The notes beneath the pieces are model-generated. The model saw only the letters and a list, made by a program, of their open reading frames with translations, did no database searches and was not told the DNA's origin. Shown here one piece after another: positions 17,976 to 26,567 of a stretch of DNA of 31,773 nucleotides. This DNA comes from Candidatus Parcubacteria bacterium (lineage in GTDB: Bacteria; Patescibacteriota; Minisyncoccia; Phycocordibacterales; CAIZLB01): assembly GCA_039795875.1 (NCBI GenBank), contig JBDKKY010000009.1, forward strand, positions 1 through 31,773, given 5' to 3'. Every line of letters begins with the position of its first letter. Within the stretch, counting starts at the first letter, position 1. Position numbers and translations under genes: made by a program.

Positions 17976-18767
17976 TCAAGGGGTTAGCTTAACGGTCGAT
18001 CGAGGCCGCTTGCATATGCCCGGACGGCGCTTCCTCTTCATCCTCGGTTGATCAAGAGGTGTCCAAGGCGTACGACGAGTGGGATTCATGACGGTGCAGG
18101 CCATGTCTTCCCAATGCATTGCATTGAAGATTTTGAATGCGATATCTTTGATAAGCTTGACGCCGGTATCGGACACCACACTGTATGCACGGGTTTTCCC
18201 ATCAACGGAGTTGCACATCACTCGCATCAGTCGATGACGATCGTCATACGGAGTATGCTGTATTAGCACGGCGAACGCCGAACTGATGTGAGTCATAATC
18301 CAGTCAGGGACTTTGTCGAACCCGTACGACGGATCATAAATGATCCGTCGTAAGAAGACCAGGAATTTCCGCCGAGCGTCTCTCATCGTACTAGGCGTCA
18401 CGTCGCTCATGTATGATGGTGCTGTGATGCAACCGACAATCAGTGCCCCGATAAAGTTCAGGTGATTGTCCATGCCGCGCGGCCCACGATGGTCATCAAT
18501 CCAATTTGCGACTCGCTTGAAGGGACGAGGCTCAAGTTCGGCGGCGCAGTACACGCAGAGCCCTTGAACAACTCTGAGCTGCTCCTCCCAAGTGTTGCGA
18601 GGATTCAGGAGAACTCCTCGCAGCACCTTGGGCACGACTTGAGCTGGGTTAGGGTTGAACATGAGTTCCTCCCAGCAATTTCCCAGTTCACGGTCGTGAA
18701 AGGGGATATGCAGGGCGAGGAGGCGGCGTTGTAATGTAGTGTGTTTTGGTTCGTTTGGGGTATTCAT
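17976..18767 (-). CDS. hypothetical protein, GC-rich, with strongly basic NLS-like C-terminus
   Basis: An ATG at 18767 (MNTPNEPKH...) is preceded by AAAAGG. The coding sequence is GC-rich; the upstream part of the track ORF is AT-rich and holds the hairpin cttgctt-tttc-aagcaag. The C-terminus reads PRMKRKRRPGICKRPRSTVK. Confidence 0.5.
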   Translation of the reverse strand: MNTPNEPKHTTLQRRLLALHIPFHDRELGNCWEELMFNPNPAQVVPKVLRGVLLNPRNTWEEQLRVVQGLCVYCAAELEPRPFKRVANWIDDHRGPRGMDNHLNFIGALIVGCITAPSYMSDVTPSTMRDARRKFLVFLRRIIYDPSYGFDKVPDWIMTHISSAFAVLIQHTPYDDRHRLMRVMCNSVDGKTRAYSVVSDTGVKLIKDIAFKIFNAMHWEDMACTVMNPTRRTPWTPLDQPRMKRKRRPGICKRPRSTVKLTP

Positions 18768-18900
18768 AACCTTTTCAGGTAGTCTTGCTTTTTCAAGCAA
18801 GGGGTTGACGGATTTCTCCGTATGCCATACGTTATGGCACGGTTCAACGATATAACTCTTATTATATAAAGTCAAACTAAATATTTGCCATACTATACTC

Positions 18901-19515
18901 ATGACAGCTTTTCTCAAAACTATAAAAATTCTTATCTATGTAGTAGTTTTTTTGGTTATTATTTATTTTGCCCTTAAACTAACTTCATCAACCTCTAAGC
19001 CGAGTACTAAGATCAATCTCGACCAAGCGTCAGTGATCACTGAGATTGAGGCTTTATCCAAACTGGAGACGGCATCGTTTACTATTGAAAAGATTATCGA
19101 AGCAGGTGTACAAGGAAATGCATTTCAGAATATTTTATATGGTGACAAGATTCTTTTGATTGCCCATGCCAATGTTGTCGCTGGATTTGATCTGGCAAAA
19201 TTAAATAAAGAATTGGTGAAAGTAAAAGGAACAAAATTGGAAATTACTCTACCCGCACCAGAAATCCTGTACAGTCGACTCGACAATGATCAAACGCGAG
19301 TGTATGATCGCAAACTTGGATTATTAACAAAAGGAGATGCAGCTCTCGAATCACAAGCCCGAGCAGCAGCCGAACAATCTATAAGAAAAGCAGCCTGCGA
19401 TGGTGGTATTTTACCAATAGCTGCCGAAAATGGTCGAAAACAATTTCAAACAATGTTTGCTTCTGCGGGATTTACAGAAGTGATTGTACTGACTCCAGTT
19501 GGAGAGTGTAAATAA
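18901..19515 (+). CDS. DUF4230-family membrane-anchored protein
   Basis: An N-terminal TM helix is followed by KIIEAG..., KILLIAHANVVAGFDLAKL and TKLEITLPAPEIL, typical of DUF4230. Confidence 0.5.
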   Translation: MTAFLKTIKILIYVVVFLVIIYFALKLTSSTSKPSTKINLDQASVITEIEALSKLETASFTIEKIIEAGVQGNAFQNILYGDKILLIAHANVVAGFDLAKLNKELVKVKGTKLEITLPAPEILYSRLDNDQTRVYDRKLGLLTKGDAALESQARAAAEQSIRKAACDGGILPIAAENGRKQFQTMFASAGFTEVIVLTPVGECK

Positions 19516-19567
19516 AATCCCACCCGTTGACGCTATGAAGCGATCGCGGGGCGGGGGATTTTTTGCG
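19514..19567. terminator. bidirectional Rho-independent terminator
   Basis: The sequence aaaatcccacccg...cggggcgggggatttttt is an imperfect GC-rich hairpin with T-runs on both strands. It lies between the convergent genes 18901..19515 (+) and 19576..19968 (-). Confidence 0.5.
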
Positions 19568-19575
19568 CATTCTGA

Positions 19576-19968
19576 TCATCCACGGAGATAATCCATTTCG
19601 ACTTTCAAGACGGGATAAGCGGCCAGTCCGGGCTCGTACTGAACGGTCACTCGCTGGTAACCGAGGTCTTCACCAGTGTATACATCGCCACCGATGTAGG
19701 GTTCAGTGGGGTGCTCCACTAGGTGGAGAATAGCTCGCCAGCCGAGGCTCTGAAAGTATTCCTCGAGTAAGCGGAGAATGTGGCAAAGAGAGATGATCTC
19801 TTTGCATTCGATGCGCACGACCTCAAAGAGACAGTCGTGAGGGCTCTGATGTTGAAATGGGGCTGGGATGTGCAGTACTCTTAGTCCTCGGGTTCCTAGC
19901 CTGCTGAGCAGGGCGGGTCCTAGTGGTTGGTCTTCTTCAGTGTGCGGTTTTAGGTTAATTTCGGGCAT
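19576..19968 (-). CDS. hypothetical protein, GC-rich
   Basis: The 130-aa ORF has an ATG start and GC above 55 %. I recognise no family. Confidence 0.4.
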   Translation of the reverse strand: MPEINLKPHTEEDQPLGPALLSRLGTRGLRVLHIPAPFQHQSPHDCLFEVVRIECKEIISLCHILRLLEEYFQSLGWRAILHLVEHPTEPYIGGDVYTGEDLGYQRVTVQYEPGLAAYPVLKVEMDYLRG

Positions 19969-20034
19969 TGTTTGGGGTTGTTGGTAAAGGGTTCGTTTGT
20001 AGTATTAAAACATACTTCATGTTGAATAGCAAAA

Positions 20035-20658
20035 TTACGTACGCGGATCACTTTTATCCCATTCGATAATAGTCCCAAGCTTCATCTCCATAGCATCGGC
20101 TTTACGCAAAAGTTGCTCATTTTTCTTCGGAAATAATGAAATCATTTTCATGTCATACATCTTTTCAGCAATATCATATAAATCGTCGTTAGACGTAATC
20201 CATGCTGTACCAAATTTTTTCACGTTGATAGGACCTGCATACCCTCGCAAATCTTTTTTACCATTTTTATCATTGAAGCATTCATGGAAATACGACATGA
20301 CCAATTCGCGTATGGTTTTATAGACCGGATCACGAAAACGCAAAGCCAGATGATTGGTTTTACTGATCGCACCCCAGTATCCATTGCGTTTATAGAGTGT
20401 CACGACATGTCCGACATCACTCGGAACTTTTAGATCCAGCACAAGTGGTTGTTCGCCATTGATCCAGAGTGCTACTGCAGCAAACAGAGCACCTTCAAAA
20501 CAATGGGCTTTCTGGGCTTTAATCACACCCCGAGGAGACATGTTAAAGTCGCCATCTTTTTCCCAATTGATGGCCAAGGCGTCGAGATAATCTTGAATCT
20601 TGATCGGAGTGTTCAATCTCTTAAATATAGACAATTCCGCTTTTGATAAGCCAAGCAT
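20035..20658 (-). CDS. hypothetical protein with candidate Cys/His (papain- or transglutaminase-like) catalytic pair
   Basis: The 207-aa protein has KAHCFEGALFAAVAL (Cys) and DVGHVVTLY (His) in the order and spacing seen in C39/transglutaminase-like folds. The family assignment is tentative. Confidence 0.45.
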   Translation of the reverse strand: MLGLSKAELSIFKRLNTPIKIQDYLDALAINWEKDGDFNMSPRGVIKAQKAHCFEGALFAAVALWINGEQPLVLDLKVPSDVGHVVTLYKRNGYWGAISKTNHLALRFRDPVYKTIRELVMSYFHECFNDKNGKKDLRGYAGPINVKKFGTAWITSNDDLYDIAEKMYDMKMISLFPKKNEQLLRKADAMEMKLGTIIEWDKSDPRT

Positions 20659-20720
20659 ATATATAGTGTATCAATTTACCGTAGAGTAGGGTACTATATG
20701 AAAATAAAATATATACACAT

Positions 20721-21143
20721 ATGCGGAGATCATACACACCAGATAAGTTTAAAGTAATAGTCAAACGATCAAATGCTGGCCTAGGACTATTTGCAGGAGA
20801 TGATATTCCTAAAGGAACTTGTATCATTGAATACAAAGGGCGACAGATCAAAGGACAAGAAGAGTATACTAGTACGAGCAAATACCTTTTTGGAGTACAC
20901 GATCGTTTGACTATAGACGGACGAGAACGGTCAAATACAGCGCGGTATATCAACCACTCATGTCGAGCCAATTGCGAACCGATCAGCTATAAAGCTCGAG
21001 CCTATATATTTGCCAAAAGAAAAATTATGGCTGGTGAAGAATTGACATATGATTATGGAAAGGAATATTGGAATGAACATATCAAGCCTTTGGGCTGTCG
21101 ATGTGTGAAGTGCGTTGAGAGGAAGGCTACTGTTAAGGAGTAG
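20721..21143 (+). CDS. SET-domain protein lysine methyltransferase (minimal, vSET-like size)
   Basis: The 140-aa protein has a SET core with ARYINHSCRANCE (NHSCxPN motif) and ELTYDYG, followed by a Cys-rich post-SET segment (CRCVKC). Confidence 0.75.
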   Translation: MRRSYTPDKFKVIVKRSNAGLGLFAGDDIPKGTCIIEYKGRQIKGQEEYTSTSKYLFGVHDRLTIDGRERSNTARYINHSCRANCEPISYKARAYIFAKRKIMAGEELTYDYGKEYWNEHIKPLGCRCVKCVERKATVKE

Positions 21144-21166
21144 AATTGTGATACACTGGGGCTATT

Positions 21167-21661
21167 ATGGAATTAAAAAGAAGTTTTACGAGAGATGATG
21201 GGGAGACTGTTGAGGTTATATATAACGAAGGTGATCCGACTGCAGACATGGAGGGAAAGGTATTAGGAGGCATACACGCTTTTGCTTTTTATGATGGGAA
21301 AATGGTCTTGGTAAATCATCCCAAAGGTGGGTGGATGCCGCCTGGTGGAGGTAGAGAGGAGAAAGAAACTATCGAAGAGGTTGTAATTCGAGAGGTCCAG
21401 GAAGAAACAAATATGAAAATATTGCATCAAGAGGTAATAGGTTTTCAAGATATTTATCATGACAATAAAATAACCAGACAAACTAGAAACTTTTGCATCG
21501 TAGAACCATATGGAGAATTTGTCGCTGATCCTGATGGCGAAATCATGGAAATGCAATTGATCGATCCAGCAGAATATAAAAAATATTTTGATTGGGGTCC
21601 TATCGGAGATAGAATTATGGAAAGGGCGATGCAGATGTTGGAAGAATATTCTAAAAAATAA
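21167..21661 (+). CDS. NUDIX hydrolase
   Basis: The Nudix box is GGGREEKETIEEVVIREVQEETNM (Gx5Ex7REUxEExGU). It lies 23 nt downstream of the SET gene and is probably co-transcribed. Confidence 0.75.
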   Translation: MELKRSFTRDDGETVEVIYNEGDPTADMEGKVLGGIHAFAFYDGKMVLVNHPKGGWMPPGGGREEKETIEEVVIREVQEETNMKILHQEVIGFQDIYHDNKITRQTRNFCIVEPYGEFVADPDGEIMEMQLIDPAEYKKYFDWGPIGDRIMERAMQMLEEYSKK

Positions 21662-21721
21662 CCCACGTAGGGACCGGGTTAGGGTGTGCATGGGGTTAGA
21701 TTGAGGAGGTGAAGAGCCTGG

Positions 21722-22408
21722 CTAGGCCATGTTGGTGCGGTATTTCTCCAGGATGATTTCCGCTGCTCCTTCGCGAGGAAGAAGTGATGTATCAATCGGG
21801 AAGGCCTCGGGGTGTTGTCTGGCTGGATTGTGCTCGCGGTGGGTGTCTCGGTGATCACGGTCGACGATGCTGTTGAAAATAGCTGTCTTGCTAAACGTGG
21901 TAACGCCGGTGGACTGGAGGTAAGCGAAGTGCCGAGCTGCTTTGACATGCACATCAGTGAAGAGATAGAAACGGTACTTGGTGTTATACACCCAGCATAC
22001 ATCGCGTCCATCTGTCACCAGCGGTCCTTCCTCGCGTTTACGGAGTTGAAATGTCCGGAGAGCTTCGCGCACAGGTAAGTGAACGGCAATCTGAGAAGCA
22101 TGAGCTGCTCCAGCACCAGTGCGGATGCCTTCAGTTTCATCTATTCCATGCAGAATGATGTGGTCGTCGTTTTCTTCAACGCGGAGAGCGAGAGCGATGT
22201 CCCGCAATGCATTGACGTCTTCCAGTACATTCTGACGATGGCCCAGCAATGCCACAGCGCGAAAAAGGGCACCGCTGTCGCAGGTCCGGAATCCAAGTGC
22301 TTTAGCAACCAGTCGCATAGCGGTCGAGGTGCCAGTCCGTGCCAATCCGTCGATTGCGATGACGGGGTGAGTCAGATCTTGAGGGGGAGGTTCAATAAGT
22401 AATCCCAT
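21722..22408 (-). CDS. cmk: cytidylate kinase, GC-rich copy
   Basis: It has the P-loop-like IAIDGLARTGTSTAMRLVAKALGF...DSGALFRAVAL and the DGRD motif (LVTDGRDVCWV) of CMP kinase. GC content is far above the neighbouring genes. Confidence 0.75.
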   Translation of the reverse strand: MGLLIEPPPQDLTHPVIAIDGLARTGTSTAMRLVAKALGFRTCDSGALFRAVALLGHRQNVLEDVNALRDIALALRVEENDDHIILHGIDETEGIRTGAGAAHASQIAVHLPVREALRTFQLRKREEGPLVTDGRDVCWVYNTKYRFYLFTDVHVKAARHFAYLQSTGVTTFSKTAIFNSIVDRDHRDTHREHNPARQHPEAFPIDTSLLPREGAAEIILEKYRTNMA

Positions 22409-22524
22409 AGTTTTGTGGTCGGAAAGGTGAGAATTGCCACGTCCAGAATCAGAGTGATTAAGGAGCGTTTGTGTTATTTGTACAGGAAAATTGAGCTCAG
22501 GTCAATTTGTGTTACTATGAAAAT

Positions 22525-23178
22525 ATGAAAACAGTATACTTAGTTCGTCACGCAGAAAGCCTTGGAAATGTAGGTCCTATTCGACAAGGTCCTGATACAC
22601 CCTTATCAGAGAAGGGTGTTAAACAAGCCAAACTATTGGCGGAACGATTTAAACATATTCATGTTGATAAAGTGTTGGTGAGTCCATTTCTGAGAACAAA
22701 ACAAACTGCTGAGGCAATCGCTGAAGTTTTACAAAAAGAACATGAGTTCAATGATTCTCTAATCGAACGTCTACGACCAAGTAAGGTGATCGGAGTTGAT
22801 AAGAATCATCCAGATTCATTGGAGGTTGATCGTGTGCTGGCAGAGAATTTTCATGATCCAGAGTTTAGGTATTCTGATGAAGAAACTTTTGCTGATTTAA
22901 AGAGGCGGGCATTGTCTGTATTGGATCAATTGAGTAAGTCAGACGCTGAACACATACTTGTTGTAACACATGGTGTATTTTTAAGAATGTTGGCAGCGTG
23001 TGTGGTTTTAGGAGAAGATTTGAATTCCTATGAATATAAAAAATTTCATTCAGGTCTTGCTGTTGCAAATACAGGTATAACGGTTTTCAAACAGGTGATG
23101 CGTCACGGTGAAGAGATTTGGTGTATTGAATCATGGAATGATAGTGCACACTTGGGAGAACTTAGCACGAGTGAATAA
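22525..23178 (+). CDS. histidine phosphatase superfamily (PGAM-like) protein
   Basis: It carries the catalytic RHG-type motif in VYLVRHAESLGN and downstream His (VVTHGVFLRM). I prefer the ATG at 22525 (MKTVYL...); the track ORF begins at 22507. Confidence 0.65.
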   Translation: MKTVYLVRHAESLGNVGPIRQGPDTPLSEKGVKQAKLLAERFKHIHVDKVLVSPFLRTKQTAEAIAEVLQKEHEFNDSLIERLRPSKVIGVDKNHPDSLEVDRVLAENFHDPEFRYSDEETFADLKRRALSVLDQLSKSDAEHILVVTHGVFLRMLAACVVLGEDLNSYEYKKFHSGLAVANTGITVFKQVMRHGEEIWCIESWNDSAHLGELSTSE

Positions 23179-23444
23179 AAATAAATCCGCCAGAAAAATG
23201 TAATACCAAAAGTTCGACAAAACCCTTATACCACAAGGACATTACAGTAATATTAACACTAATGTGAATAGTGTATAACGGGGTTGCTAACCTGGCTCAA
23301 CAGGAACATACTGAAGATGTAGCGTGGATAACCCTCTTGTATCTGTATATGAGAAAGTCCTTTTCTAAAAGAGTTTGGCTACAAACTCGAGATACTAATT
23401 TATTCATTAGTACTTTATTAATTCTAAAAAATTAAAATAACTGT

Positions 23445-24077
23445 ATGAAAAATAATAAAACGGTATTGGGATTAGCATTACTTTTTGGTTTTGCACTAGC
23501 TGCAGCACTGCCTCTAACGGCATCGGCTGCTCTCTATCGAGAATTACAACTCGGAATGAGTGGATCAGACGTGTCTGAGTTGCAGGCATTCCTGGCAACA
23601 GATACCAGTATCTATCCACAAGGATCAGTCACAGGTTATTTCGGATTATTGACTAAAGCAGCCGTAGCGCGATATCAGTCCCGAAACGCAATCAGTCCTG
23701 TCGGACGAGTTGGCCCACAAACATTGGAATACATATTGTCACAAATGGGTGGCACTGTAGGTACAGTGTTTCCATGGTTTACAGGTATAAGTGTTATTCC
23801 TGGTAATTCTTCAGCCACTTTCAATATTAGTGCAAATACTAATGTAAGAGCTGCAGTTCACTATGGCACATCACCTGTTCCTGCATCAGAGAATGAATCT
23901 CAAGGATCAGTGACTCTAGGCGGCACACAGGCTCAAGTAAGTAACACATTGCAAACATCGCACAGTATCACAACTGGATTGCTACAACCAAACACGTTGT
24001 ACTACTATATTGCGCATATTGTAAATGCTAACGGAAAATCAAGTGTATGGTTTGGTAGATTTACTACTAGTAATTAG
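23445..24077 (+). CDS. secreted protein with peptidoglycan-binding (PG_binding_1) domain
   Basis: It has a signal peptide (MKNNKTVLGLALLFGFALAAALPLTASA). The PGBD pattern is LQLGMSGSDVSELQAFL...GYFGLLTKAAVARYQ...GRVGPQT. I could not assign the beta-rich C-terminal part. Confidence 0.6.
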   Translation: MKNNKTVLGLALLFGFALAAALPLTASAALYRELQLGMSGSDVSELQAFLATDTSIYPQGSVTGYFGLLTKAAVARYQSRNAISPVGRVGPQTLEYILSQMGGTVGTVFPWFTGISVIPGNSSATFNISANTNVRAAVHYGTSPVPASENESQGSVTLGGTQAQVSNTLQTSHSITTGLLQPNTLYYYIAHIVNANGKSSVWFGRFTTSN

Positions 24078-24176
24078 TCTGTGTATTCCTCATACTCCGT
24101 CATAAATTGATCAAAGAAAAAACCACCGAATGATTGCGGTGGTTTTTTCGTGTATGAATTATGATAGGATTGGACT

Positions 24177-24704
24177 GTGCCAGGTTTTACCAAGAAAAAA
24201 GTAATAGTACGGGACCTAATGCAAAAAAGGTATACCTATGAATTGGTAGAACCCGTCGGTAAAAACTTTGATTCTGAATTTAAACCAGATCTGACTCCTA
24301 AGCAGATGCTGGAGCTCGGTGTCTTTGGGGGAATATATCTACGAGATTGTGTTAAAGAATTTTCTAAGGAATGGTTTACTAAAGCAAAGTTTGCACCAAA
24401 AGAGATTCATAAGCCAATCGCTTCTTTAAACTATTTTAAGAAAAATGCCAGTCAATCTTTACAAGTCTGGCAACAGAAAGGTTGGATATATAAAGAAGAC
24501 CCACGAGGATGGTTTCAGTGGTACTGTCGATATTATATGGGCCGCAGAATTCCTAAAGAGGATCGTAGGCAAATCAAAAGGTGGAAAGCTATCAAGCGAC
24601 ATATTATTCAAATTCAAAATAATTGTGAAGCTGGGAATATGATGTGCCGTCCAAAGCAAAGACAGGCGGTGTTGCACTGGGCATATGACAGCCGGCGAAT
24701 ATAG
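24177..24704 (+). CDS. hypothetical basic protein (Trp/Arg-rich)
   Basis: The 175-aa protein contains GWFQWYCRYYMGRRIPKEDRRQIKRWKAIKRH. I recognise no family. Confidence 0.4.
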   Translation: MPGFTKKKVIVRDLMQKRYTYELVEPVGKNFDSEFKPDLTPKQMLELGVFGGIYLRDCVKEFSKEWFTKAKFAPKEIHKPIASLNYFKKNASQSLQVWQQKGWIYKEDPRGWFQWYCRYYMGRRIPKEDRRQIKRWKAIKRHIIQIQNNCEAGNMMCRPKQRQAVLHWAYDSRRI

Positions 24705-25103
24705 CTACCGATTGATGTAGGTAATTGTCAATTGTAGACATGTTGCAAATGTGACCCAGAGTAGATAAGGAATTTGTATATACGTAATCCACCGTGCGTG
24801 AGAGAAAATTGCAATCATGGCCCAGACCAAAGTCCCAAGAACTAGGATGATATCAAGTGCTGCTAAACCGTTACTTTTTAATCCAAACTGTATCGGAGTG
24901 AAGATGAGATTGAAAACAATATTTAAAATAAAAGGTAACGCCACAATAAATGGTATCTGTTTGTGAAATGCCATCCAAAATACTTTTCCAAAAGAAATAG
25001 TAATCAAGACATATAAACATGTCCACACTGGTCCAAATAACCATGAAGGTGGTGCCCATGTTGGTTTGGCTAATTTTGAATACCAGGCGTAGTTTTGATT
25101 CAT
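24705..25103 (-). CDS. tspO: TspO/MBR tryptophan-rich sensory protein
   Basis: An ATG at 25103 gives MNQNYAWYSKLAKPTWAPPSWLFGPVWTCLYVL, the TspO N-terminal signature, and 5 TM helices. The upstream extension in the track ORF 24705..25154 is unlikely to be coding. Confidence 0.7.
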   Translation of the reverse strand: MNQNYAWYSKLAKPTWAPPSWLFGPVWTCLYVLITISFGKVFWMAFHKQIPFIVALPFILNIVFNLIFTPIQFGLKSNGLAALDIILVLGTLVWAMIAIFSHARWITYIQIPYLLWVTFATCLQLTITYINR

Positions 25104-25480
25104 GGATATAGTATATCTTATATCTATTGCAATAATAATAGGAACACATGTCAATAAACACGTAGATCTTTATCCCAACTATGCCAAATAAAAAACCTTC
25201 CGAAGAAGGGGTGAGACTCGTTGCAGGTAGGTTCTAAGTTTTGCGTGTCTACTGACAAAATGTTGGGGGAGTGGAAGCAGCCCCGAGAGACGCATGCCGG
25301 GAGAAAGGCGATCCCGATCAAACTTGTACTTGTGCGTGCGATAGACCGTTTGAGAGTACGGTCGACTTGGTTACTTCTAACCTGGACTGTCCAGTAGAAT
25401 TGGCCGGGCACTGCCTGCAACGAGCTCGAAAATTAGTATACATATGAGGGATGTGGTTGTCTAGAGGTCCGATTTTTCAT

Positions 25481-25489
25481 GATATAATC
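25481..25489 (+). promoter_or_regulatory. extended -10 promoter element TGaTATAAT for the TrmB-like gene (near-leaderless)
   Basis: TGATATAAT ends 8 nt before the ATG at 25498. Confidence 0.35.
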
Positions 25490-25497
25490 TCTGTACT

Positions 25498-26268
25498 ATG
25501 AGACACTTCGCTATAGACGAATATTTAAAACATCTAGGCTTCAGTGAAAAAGAAACAGAGGTCTACGAATACTTGCTTGAAGCTGGTATGGCTAGTCCAT
25601 TGGCTATCAGCAAAGGTATAAAAATAAAACGTTCAACTGTATATGCCGCTCTTGATGAATTGGCCAATAAAGGATTGGTGCGCGAGATCAAACATGAGCA
25701 CAAAGATGTATTCATCGCTGAAGATCCGGAGCGCATCAAGATTCTTTTGGAAGAAGCAAAAAATAAAACAGAAGAAATGTCGAGTGTTTTCAGTGAGTCC
25801 ATCCCACGTATCCGGGCGTTCATGAAAAAACCGGGTGGCGCACCAACATTAAAATTTTATCAAGGTAGGGATGCAATTCAGGCATCGATGATAGAGTTTG
25901 TTCACAATCCAGGATTAAAAGAATCTTTGGACTACGGTGTGTTTTCTTTGGATGTAGTACATCAGATGTTTGGCAATAAAGGTTGGGTCTCGTATGTCAC
26001 CGAACGTATAAAAGAGAACGATGTCTACAAAGTTATTTACACTTCAGAAGAAGGAGAGTTGCCCGACTCACATTTTAAAGAATCTTTGAAGATAGATCAG
26101 TCAAAGTATCCACTTTCTTGTGATATTGGTATTTATAAAGAAGAAGTTCGTATTCATATGATGGGGGATAATGCATATGGAATCTGCATTGAGTCAAAAC
26201 AATTGGCGGAGACTCTAGGATCGATTATTCGTCTAGTAATGGACAACCAAAGACAAAATCAAAAATAA
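25498..26268 (+). CDS. TrmB-family HTH transcriptional regulator
   Basis: The N-terminal winged HTH reads GFSEKETEVYEYLLEAGMASPLAISKGIKIKRSTVYAALDELANKGLV. A C-terminal effector domain of TrmB size follows. Confidence 0.6.
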   Translation: MRHFAIDEYLKHLGFSEKETEVYEYLLEAGMASPLAISKGIKIKRSTVYAALDELANKGLVREIKHEHKDVFIAEDPERIKILLEEAKNKTEEMSSVFSESIPRIRAFMKKPGGAPTLKFYQGRDAIQASMIEFVHNPGLKESLDYGVFSLDVVHQMFGNKGWVSYVTERIKENDVYKVIYTSEEGELPDSHFKESLKIDQSKYPLSCDIGIYKEEVRIHMMGDNAYGICIESKQLAETLGSIIRLVMDNQRQNQK

Positions 26269-26309
26269 ATTCTAAATAAAAATAGAATAAAGATTCTATG
26301 AAGTTGGTC

Positions 26310-26338
26310 AAAATACCCTTATAAACAAAGGGTATTTT
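26310..26338 (+). terminator. Rho-independent terminator (aaaataccctt-ataaaca-aagggtatttt)
   Basis: A perfect 11-bp stem and 7-nt loop lie 42 nt after the stop of the TrmB-like gene. Confidence 0.6.
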
Positions 26339-26398
26339 ACGTATACGCCTTTTGTATATTTTGAATTGTAATCTTATATTTTTTTCTGAAAAAATATT

Positions 26399-26433
26399 TT
26401 GACATATTGTACTTTGTTGCAATACTAATCTCA
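26399..26433 (+). promoter_or_regulatory. candidate sigma70 promoter TTGACA-16-AATACT upstream of the SPFH gene
   Basis: A consensus -35 hexamer sits in AT-rich DNA about 135 nt upstream of the GC-rich gene. Confidence 0.35.
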
Positions 26434-26567
26434 GAACGAACTTTGACAGCGAGTGGTATGTAAGACAACTGAACAGAATTCGCGACAGCAATGCATCCGG
26501 ATACGTAGATGGATGCAACGCTGTTTCGAATCATCGACTCAGTAAACCCAAATACAACACGCACTAT

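Noticed and set aside
18048-18734. Plus-strand ORFs 18048..18266 and 18462..18734
   Set aside because: They are antisense frames inside the GC-rich gene 17976..18767.
21679-22402. ORFs 21679..22011(-), 21812..22078(+), 22079..22402(+) overlapping cmk
   Set aside because: These are alternative or antisense frames of the GC-rich cytidylate kinase gene. Only the 21722..22408 frame carries Cmk motifs.
23179-23444. 266-nt intergenic region before the PG-binding protein gene as a riboswitch or sRNA
   Set aside because: I could not match it to any riboswitch consensus by eye. It is AT-rich with only weak secondary-structure potential, so it is probably just promoter or leader sequence.
25151-25420. 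89-aa minus-strand ORF in the GC-rich spacer
   Set aside because: Composition is odd (Arg/Ser-rich, with the C-terminus encoded by AT-rich DNA). It has no SD or promoter. The stretch is more likely a non-coding or decayed GC-rich insert; see finding.
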